Positions 57,211-64,000 of a stretch of DNA of 64,000 nucleotides are shown piece by piece. Both the position numbers and the translations under genes were made by a program. Below the pieces are notes generated by a model. It was not told where the DNA came from, searched no databases, and saw only the letters and a program-made list of their open reading frames with translations. This DNA comes from Candidatus Xenobia bacterium. GTDB taxonomy: Bacteria; Vulcanimicrobiota; Xenobia; Xenobiales; QWHO01. The stretch spans positions 96,001-160,000 of the forward strand of contig BTUM01000003.1 in assembly GCA_045863235.1 (NCBI GenBank), in the 5' to 3' direction. Every line of letters begins with the position of its first letter. Position 1 is the first letter of the stretch.

Positions 57211-57609
57211 TTGGAACCCATCGACATCGCCCGGTTGGCGGCCCAGGTGGCCGAAGACAAGCTCGGTCGCGGAGTGCTCATCCTGGACCTGAGCCAGATC
57301 TCGATCATGTGCGACTACTTCGTGGTGGTCAGCGCTCCCACGCGCATCCAGACCCGCGACATCGCCCGGGCCATCGAAGAGAAGCTCAGCCAGCAGCAAG
57401 TCGCTGGGAAGCCCCTGCAGGGGATGCGCGAAGGCTCCTGGATCCTGATGGACTTTGGCACCGTGGTGGTGCACATCTTCCTCGAGGCCGAGCGCCGCTT
57501 CTACGACCTGGAGGGTCTCTGGAGCCAGGCCCGGGTCATCTACGAATCCAGCGATCACGACTATCCCGAGACCACGACGGCCAGCGCCGGCCGCCGCAGC
57601 AACCAGTAA
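57211..57609 (+). CDS. rsfS: Ribosome silencing factor
   Basis: DYFVV and WILMDFGTVVVHIF..ER.FYDLE.LW motifs; follows nadD. Confidence 0.95.
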   Translation: MEPIDIARLAAQVAEDKLGRGVLILDLSQISIMCDYFVVVSAPTRIQTRDIARAIEEKLSQQQVAGKPLQGMREGSWILMDFGTVVVHIFLEAERRFYDLEGLWSQARVIYESSDHDYPETTTASAGRRSNQ

Positions 57610-57622
57610 GGAGAACGAAACC

Positions 57623-59884
57623 ATGAACCCAGCCGACCTGAAACGGATCCAGGCCCTCTACGAATCCTTCCCTGCCCGCCAGGAGGCCATCCGCAAAGTG
57701 CTGGGCCGAGATTCGCTCACCGCTACCGAGAAGATTCTCTACAGCCACCTCATCCCCAGCCAGGCCCCACCCAGGGTGCGCGGAGAGAGCATGCTGCTGC
57801 TCAACCCCGACCGGGTGGCTCTTCAGGATGCCACCGCCCAGATGGCCATGCTGCAATTCATGCAGGCCCAGCGCGAGGAGGCAGCGGTGCCCAGCACCAT
57901 CCACTGCGACCATCTCATCCGCGCCCAGGCCGGGGCCGGGCCGGACCTCGAGAAGGCTCTGGAGGAGAACAACGAGGTCTACGCCTTCCTCAAATCGGCC
58001 GCGGCCCGCTACGGGCTGGGCTTCTGGAAGCCGGGCAGCGGCATCATCCACCAGGTGGTGCTGGAAAAGTATGCCTTCCCAGGCGGGCTGATGATCGGCA
58101 CTGACAGTCACACTCCCAACGCCGGCGGCCTGGGTATGCTGGCCATCGGGGTGGGTGGAGCCGACGCCGCCGAGGTCATGGCCGGGCTGCCCTGGGAGGT
58201 CCGCTCGCCCAAACTGGTGGGCGTGCACCTCAAGGGCAAGCTGAGCGGCTGGACTTCGCCCAAGGACGTTATCTTGTGGGTTTGCGGCAAGCTCACCACC
58301 GCCGGCGGCACCAACAAGATCGTGGAGTATTTCGGGGAGGGCGCGCGCAGCATCAGCGCCACCGGACGAGGCACCATCACCAACATGGGCGCCGAGCTGG
58401 GCGCTACCACCTCGGTCTTCGCCTTCGACGAGCGCACCGCCGCCTATCTACGCGCCACTGAGCGGGCCGGGGTGGCTGAGCTGGCCGAGAAGTATCGCGA
58501 ATTCCTGACCGCCGATCCGGATGTGGAGGCCCACCCCGAGAAATACTTCGACGAGCTGCTGGTGCTGGATCTGTCCACCCTCGAGCCCTACATCGTCGGC
58601 CCTCACTCGCCCGACCGGGCGCGTCCCCTCTCCGAGCTCAAAGCCGAGGTCGCGAAAGAAGGCTGGCCTCAAACCTACAAAGCCTGCCTCATCGGCAGCT
58701 GCACCAACTCGAGCTACGAGGACATGGAGCGGGCCGCCAACATCGCCCGTCAGGCCGCCGCCAAAGGACTCAAGGCCCGCTCCAACCTGATGGTTACGCC
58801 TGGTTCGCAGCAGATCTTCGAGACCATCCAGCGCGACGGACAGATGAAGGCTTTCCACGAGGTGGGCGCGGTGGTGCTGGCCAACGCCTGTGGCCCCTGC
58901 ATCGGAATGTGGAACCGCCAGGACGTGGCTCCAGGCGAGACCAACGCCATCCTGACCAGCTACAACCGTAACTTCCCCAAGCGAAACGACGGCAACCCCG
59001 ACACCCTGGCCTTCATCGCCAGCCCCGAGCTGGTGATGGCTGCGGCTCTGGCCGGCCGACTCGACTTCAACCCGGTCCAGGACTCGCTGGACGGACTCAA
59101 GTTCGAGCCACCCACCGCCCCCGAGCTGCCTCCGAACGGATTCGTGATCAGCTGGGACGGCTTCGTGGCCCCGCCCGAGGACCGCAAATCGGTCACTGTC
59201 AAAGTCGACCCCGGCTCGAGCCGATTGGAGATTCTCGAGCCCTTCGACCCCTGGCACGGCAAGGACTATGTCGACCTGCCCGTGCTGGTGAAGACCCAGG
59301 GGCAGACCACCACCGACCACATCTCCCCGGCCGGTAAGGTGTGGCTGCCCCTGCGCGGTCACCTCACCGGCATCAGCCACAACATGCTGCACGGGGCGGT
59401 GGACGCCGCCACCGGCAAGGTGGCCGACCCCGTCACCATGAAGGTGGCCGGAGTGGAGCGGCCCGCCTCCCCCTGGGCTCTCAAGGCCCTGGAGCTCAAG
59501 CAGAGCGTCATCGTGGGCGACCGCAACTACGGCGAGGGCTCCTCGCGCGAGCACGCGGCCATGTCGCCGCGCCTGCTGGGCGTGAAGGCGGTCATCACGC
59601 GCAGTTTCGCCCGCATTCACGAGACCAACCTCAAGAAGCAGGGCATCCTGCCGCTGACCTTCTCCTCCCCCGAGGACTACGACAAGATCCACAAGGACGA
59701 CAAGATCAGCCTGCTCGAGCTGGACAAGCTCGCCCCCGGCAAACCGGTCAAGGCGGTGGTCACCGACAAGGACGGCAACAAGCACGAGCTGAGCTTGAAT
59801 CACACCATGACCGCCGAGCAGATCGACTGGTTCAAAGCCGGCTCAGCCATGAACTCCGTGCGCCAGCGCGAGAAGGTCGGCTAA
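57623..59884 (+). CDS. Aconitate hydratase (mitochondrial-type clade)
   Basis: QDATAQMA, HCDHLI, DSHTPN, IGSCTNSSYED, ANACGPCIG and NYGEGSSREHAA motifs; AAGGAG SD. Confidence 0.95.
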   Translation: MNPADLKRIQALYESFPARQEAIRKVLGRDSLTATEKILYSHLIPSQAPPRVRGESMLLLNPDRVALQDATAQMAMLQFMQAQREEAAVPSTIHCDHLIRAQAGAGPDLEKALEENNEVYAFLKSAAARYGLGFWKPGSGIIHQVVLEKYAFPGGLMIGTDSHTPNAGGLGMLAIGVGGADAAEVMAGLPWEVRSPKLVGVHLKGKLSGWTSPKDVILWVCGKLTTAGGTNKIVEYFGEGARSISATGRGTITNMGAELGATTSVFAFDERTAAYLRATERAGVAELAEKYREFLTADPDVEAHPEKYFDELLVLDLSTLEPYIVGPHSPDRARPLSELKAEVAKEGWPQTYKACLIGSCTNSSYEDMERAANIARQAAAKGLKARSNLMVTPGSQQIFETIQRDGQMKAFHEVGAVVLANACGPCIGMWNRQDVAPGETNAILTSYNRNFPKRNDGNPDTLAFIASPELVMAAALAGRLDFNPVQDSLDGLKFEPPTAPELPPNGFVISWDGFVAPPEDRKSVTVKVDPGSSRLEILEPFDPWHGKDYVDLPVLVKTQGQTTTDHISPAGKVWLPLRGHLTGISHNMLHGAVDAATGKVADPVTMKVAGVERPASPWALKALELKQSVIVGDRNYGEGSSREHAAMSPRLLGVKAVITRSFARIHETNLKKQGILPLTFSSPEDYDKIHKDDKISLLELDKLAPGKPVKAVVTDKDGNKHELSLNHTMTAEQIDWFKAGSAMNSVRQREKVG

Positions 59885-59905
59885 CCTCTCGCCTGGACCG
59901 GGGAC

Positions 59906-61102
59906 TCAGGGCGTGAGGTGGAGCATCGAGTTGCGATAGACCTCGAGGTTCGCCTCGGTGATCTCCGGGGTCCCGCGGACCGAGTAATAGCGAGAGAAGG
60001 CGTCGGCGGCCGGGGAGCCCGGGACCAGCATCGCCTCCAACCTGGCGATGTCCAGGGTCGGTAGCCCGTAGGTCTCGTGGAAGTCGTACTCGAGCTTCCA
60101 GGTCGGGTTGTCCAGGTCCAGGTAGTAAGCCTGGTAGTTCGTCAGATCAACTCGGTAGACCAGAAAGGCGGGGTTGTTGCCGTACACCGGGCTCACGGCC
60201 GGGACGATCTTGCAGGGGACGTCCGGCAAGATCAGGCGGAAGTCGTCGCGGTGGGTGTGGCCGGCGAAGGCCACCTCCACAAGGCCGGAATGGCGTTCCA
60301 GGACTTGGAGGAACCCGGCCAGGTACTCCGGCCGCCAGAGCTCGAGCGGGTCGGGACGTCCCGCTTCGAAGGCGCGGGCGGTGTAATAGTTGTCCAGGCC
60401 GGGCGGAATGTGCATCGCCAGCCAAACCCGCTTGCCGGAAGAGGCGGCCCGCGTTAGCTCCTCGTCGAGCCACTGAAGCTCGCGCGAGCCGTCGTCCACC
60501 CCGACCCGGTTGGCCGAGAAGAACACCGTGTTCAGCCCGATGAGCTGGCGATCCGGGCGACCCGGCATCGGGAACGAGCTGTAGCCCCCTTCGGCCAGCG
60601 TCTCGCGCACGAGGAGAGGAGAGCCCGACAGCGGCGCCCAGATCTCGCTGAAGCGCTTCAGGAACTGCCCGCCCGGACGAACCTGGTAGTTCCCGTCGAA
60701 CGAGTCGTCATTGCCGGGGACGGTCAGAACCGGCGTGTCCGGCCAGCGCTCCTGGATCTCCGAGGCGATGTCCGCGACCGTCTGCACCGTGAACTCGTCG
60801 AACCCGGGGTGGGGCTTGTGCTCGGCATAGAGTTCCTCCCAGCGGTGGGCCAGAAGGTCGCCCGTGACCAGGATGAACTGCGGTTGGGGACACTGGCGCC
60901 GCGCCTCGTCCAGCGCGCTCTCGACCAGCTGGGCGCTCGAGTCCTGGCCCCGCTTCGGAAGGCCTCCCTTCTCGAACGGGTTGAGGTGCAGATCGGACAG
61001 AATCAGAAAGACCGGTGCCGGCTGGCCCCGCAGGGGCAGTGCGAACCAGACCAGAAGCGCAAGCAGGACGAGTAGCCTGCGCGCGGCGGACCCCTCGATC
61101 AA
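59906..61102 (-). CDS. Secreted calcineurin-like metallophosphoesterase (acid sphingomyelinase-like)
   Basis: SDLH, TGD..AH, GNDD, MHIPPG, GHTHRD and PAVSP...NNPAF motifs. Confidence 0.88.
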   Translation of the reverse strand: MIEGSAARRLLVLLALLVWFALPLRGQPAPVFLILSDLHLNPFEKGGLPKRGQDSSAQLVESALDEARRQCPQPQFILVTGDLLAHRWEELYAEHKPHPGFDEFTVQTVADIASEIQERWPDTPVLTVPGNDDSFDGNYQVRPGGQFLKRFSEIWAPLSGSPLLVRETLAEGGYSSFPMPGRPDRQLIGLNTVFFSANRVGVDDGSRELQWLDEELTRAASSGKRVWLAMHIPPGLDNYYTARAFEAGRPDPLELWRPEYLAGFLQVLERHSGLVEVAFAGHTHRDDFRLILPDVPCKIVPAVSPVYGNNPAFLVYRVDLTNYQAYYLDLDNPTWKLEYDFHETYGLPTLDIARLEAMLVPGSPAADAFSRYYSVRGTPEITEANLEVYRNSMLHLTP

Positions 61103-63195
61103 AGACTGAGCCGCGCCGTCTCGTAGGCTCGCAACAGCTCGATGGGGGGCTCCAGGCCCAGGTCACGCTGCAAGAGCTTGCGGCAGCTTTCGAAGCGGCG
61201 CACCGCCTCGGCCGGGCGCTTCAAGGCTAGATAGGCATTGAGCAGCCGCAACCAGGCGTCCTGGTGGTAGGGGTCGAGCTCCAGCGTGCGCTCGGCCAGC
61301 TCGACCACCGAGGCCGGATCGGTCTCGTGGGCCAGCAATGCCTCGAGGGCTGTGAGCACCAGCCGCTCGACACGGGTCCGGCGCAGCAGCACCCAGTCGG
61401 CGTACTGGCCCTCCAGGTAGGGGCCGCGGTACAGATCCACCACCCTGCGGCAGGCCTCCGGCTCCCGGGCGCCGGCCGCGGCCCGCTCGAGCTCATCATA
61501 GTCGTGCCAGCGAGGCAGCTCGGGATTGAGCTGGATGCCCTGGGAGGCGCGCACCACGTAATTCAGCTCGCCCGGCCAGCCGGGCGGGCGCAGGTTGTTG
61601 CGCAGGTGCGAGAGCGTGGCCGACAGGTTTCGCTTGCCGCGCGGCTCCTCGGGCCAGAAGACCTCGGTGAGCAGGTCCTCGCTGACGGGGCGGCCCTGCT
61701 GGGCTGCCAGAAAGGCCAGCATCAGGCGCACTTTGGGGCTCTTCCACTGACGGTCCTCAAGCCGGGTATCCCCGTGGAACACCTCGAACGGGCCCAGCGA
61801 AAAGAGCCGCAGCATGGGCGGTCCAACCGCACCGCTGCGCGGTTTGGCCGCCTGGCGCACCTCGGGATCGGGATCCTCGACCAGCAGACGCAGGCCTTCC
61901 TCGGCCCACATCCCCCACGACCCGGACAGGGCCCGGGCTGCCGCCCGGCGAGCTGGAACGGAGAGCTGACCGCGCAACAAGAGCGCGTTGAACTCGCGGG
62001 GTGCCTCGCGGGCCAGGCTGGCCAGTAACGACTCGCAGCCCGGCTCGAGCAAGAGCCAGTCCAATCCCCAGCGAGCCAGGTCGGCTCGAGCCTGCAGCTG
62101 CTCGGGCTCGAGCAGGGTGGCCAGGGCTCCCTCGGGAGGTGGGTGGGCTCTCCAGCGGGCCTCCACCAGGGCGGCCAGAGCTGCTTGAGGACGCAGACCG
62201 AGCCGACTCGAGAGACCCGCTGCCTCGCGAGCCAGCTCGCCGGCCTCGTTCCCACCCAGCAACAGAGCCGCTTCCAGGGATGCCCGGGCGGTCGCCAGAG
62301 GACCCACCTGGCGAGCCAGCTCCACAGCTCGGCGAGCCTGCTCGGCATCGCCCAGACGGGCCAGGCCCAGCAGGGCTTCGACCTGCTCGCGAGTCGACCC
62401 GGTGTCAGCCAGGCTTTCATAGGCAAGGCGTGCGCTCTCGGGGGACTGCGACCGCTCCAGGGCACGAGCCACCGAGAGCACACTCACGCCCTTGCCGCTC
62501 GGCTCGGGCAGGGCGGCCTGATCGAGGGCGGCCAGGATCTCCGGGTCGGCCTCCTCCTCCAGCCCGTCGGCCCGGGCCTGGCAGGTGGCCGCGATGCGCT
62601 GCTGCAGGTCGGTCGGTTGGCCGGGGCCGGCCTTGCCCAGGGCCCGGGCCAGGGTGAGCAATCGGGTCTCCAGAGCGGGCCCGGCTGCCATCCCGAGAGC
62701 CAGGGCAACGGTCTCGGCAAGACGTCCGGCTTCCCGGGCCGAGCCGTGAGCTTCGAGAGCCTGCTCCAGGCCCCAGACCGCGGTCTGGAGCAGATCAAGC
62801 TCGCGCTGGCTGACGACCCGGGCCAGGCGGCAGCGCTCGGCCTGACGCTCGACGGCCTCCATGAACTCCCCCACCCGGAAGGGCTTCTTGAGATAGTCCC
62901 CTACCCCGAGACGGATGGCGCGGATCGAGTCGGCCTCGGTGGAGTAGCCCGTGATCACGATGCTGCGGATGTCGGGCTGCTGGCTCTTCACCTGACCTAA
63001 CGCGGTCAGGCCGTCGGTGCCTTCCATCCGCACGTCGGCGATGATCAGGTCGAACTGCCCCTGGCGACCGCGCTCGATGGCTTCGTCACCGCGGCCCACC
63101 GCCACCACCCGATAGCCCCGACCAGCCAGCGTGCCCTCGAGCAGTTCGCGCAACGTCTCGTCGTCTTCCAGCAGCAGGATGCTCAGCGGATCCAT
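61099..63195 (-). CDS. Response regulator: REC, helical/HEAT region, wHTH and BTAD (SARP-like)
   Basis: ILLLEDD, IADVRMEG and YLKKPF; LFSLGPFEV, WPE, LYRGPYLEG..ADW and LELDPYHQ motifs. Confidence 0.88.
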   Translation of the reverse strand: MDPLSILLLEDDETLRELLEGTLAGRGYRVVAVGRGDEAIERGRQGQFDLIIADVRMEGTDGLTALGQVKSQQPDIRSIVITGYSTEADSIRAIRLGVGDYLKKPFRVGEFMEAVERQAERCRLARVVSQRELDLLQTAVWGLEQALEAHGSAREAGRLAETVALALGMAAGPALETRLLTLARALGKAGPGQPTDLQQRIAATCQARADGLEEEADPEILAALDQAALPEPSGKGVSVLSVARALERSQSPESARLAYESLADTGSTREQVEALLGLARLGDAEQARRAVELARQVGPLATARASLEAALLLGGNEAGELAREAAGLSSRLGLRPQAALAALVEARWRAHPPPEGALATLLEPEQLQARADLARWGLDWLLLEPGCESLLASLAREAPREFNALLLRGQLSVPARRAAARALSGSWGMWAEEGLRLLVEDPDPEVRQAAKPRSGAVGPPMLRLFSLGPFEVFHGDTRLEDRQWKSPKVRLMLAFLAAQQGRPVSEDLLTEVFWPEEPRGKRNLSATLSHLRNNLRPPGWPGELNYVVRASQGIQLNPELPRWHDYDELERAAAGAREPEACRRVVDLYRGPYLEGQYADWVLLRRTRVERLVLTALEALLAHETDPASVVELAERTLELDPYHQDAWLRLLNAYLALKRPAEAVRRFESCRKLLQRDLGLEPPIELLRAYETARLSL

Positions 63196-63250
63196 TGCCG
63201 ACCCACTTCGAAACCATGCCAGAGCAACCCTATTTGCAGAACACTTGGAG

Positions 63251-63811
63251 CTAAGCCTCTTGCTGTAGCGGCGCTGACAGAGCCTGCACGACCTCCACTG
63301 CCCGGTTGATCGCGTCCAGCACCACCGCGCTTCCTCCCACGTGGGCTGACACGACTTTGAACACGGCCCCATGCTGGCTGACCAGGGAGCAACCCTGGCC
63401 GGCGCGGATGAACTCGCGCACCCTCTCTCGCACCGCGGGAAAGGCCAGCAGGGCCAGAAGTTGCTCGGGAGTCGAGCTCTGCAACTCGCACACCCGGTTG
63501 AAAGCTTCGTCGTCCGGCAGGCGGCAATGGCGGATCGGCCAGGCTCCCGCTTGAGCGATCTGGAATTCGAACTCGGGCGGCGTGATGAAACGCGCTACCA
63601 CGGCCAGATGGTTGAGGGGTGCGCCCTCCACCACGGTCACTCCGATTCCCAGCTCGACCGGGATTCCCCGCACAGGTCCCCGGTAGGTGTCGGGACCCAC
63701 TGATTGCAGACCGAGCTTCTGAGCGGCTTCCTGGCACGCGGCTCGGCGTCGGGAGCTGACGCGGGCCAGGAACCAGCCCCCCGCTCCCAGCAGGCCTCCC
63801 AAGCCCAGCAA
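63251..63811 (-). CDS. Hypothetical protein with N-terminal TM anchor (start uncertain)
   Basis: Hydrophobic N-terminus followed by EAAQKLGL; co-oriented with the regulator gene. Confidence 0.55.
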   Translation of the reverse strand: MLGLGGLLGAGGWFLARVSSRRRAACQEAAQKLGLQSVGPDTYRGPVRGIPVELGIGVTVVEGAPLNHLAVVARFITPPEFEFQIAQAGAWPIRHCRLPDDEAFNRVCELQSSTPEQLLALLAFPAVRERVREFIRAGQGCSLVSQHGAVFKVVSAHVGGSAVVLDAINRAVEVVQALSAPLQQEA

Positions 63812-64000
63812 AAAGGCTATCCCTCCGAGGTCCAGGGCTCACCCCCAACTCAGGTCGACTGATTCTTTGCGCTCAAAACCACGAGACGTTAAGCAGATCC
63901 CGCAAAGGGGACTTCCGGCCGGCCCCGGGCTTGATCCTTCTCGCAATGCCTCCGGGTGCACAAGACCGTGGGCAGGTCTTTCAAGCCGCCCCTTGCTGAT

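Noticed and set aside
63850..64000. Riboswitch or ncRNA near the window end
   Set aside because: Only short stems are present and I could not match any conserved riboswitch consensus; the region may be the end of a gene outside the window.

Overview
GC-rich bacterial chromosomal window from a diderm (LptD-like gene). The gene mix (DUF5693, PEGA, REC-BTAD regulators, large orphan helical proteins) tentatively suggests Vulcanimicrobiota/Eremiobacterota; this is an inference. There are about 50 CDS: pseudopilins with a GAF histidine kinase and GspF/PilC, hypCDE, transporters, GST, a flavin amine oxidase, katG, a glycoside hydrolase, lptD-like, nadD-rsfS-aconitase, a metallophosphoesterase and a REC-BTAD regulator. 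I found no rRNA, tRNA, CRISPR array or transposase. Main discovery: five dispersed, large orphan genes (starts 25419-, 29997-, 36195+, 43825-, 47736+) share one promoter architecture. It consists of tandem CTTTCAG-like heptamers, exactly 10 nt to a TANNNT/CATACT -10 hexamer, then usually 6 nt to the start codon (leaderless). Four of these proteins also share a gap-free 18-aa tag, [VLI]-x6-[LV]-x-V-[GA]-[GS]-[VS]-x-[LV]-x-x-[KR], which is C-terminal in three and internal in one. The fifth is a nucleoside-phosphorylase plus DUF3626-like fusion. Together this suggests an undescribed co-regulated cargo or effector system with its own sorting tag. Also seen: three CTG starts overlapping upstream stops (CTGA), several catalytically degenerate enzymes, three families of palindromic intergenic repeats, and a putative DUF6036 toxin-antitoxin pair. 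All family assignments are by eye from motifs; no searches were run.
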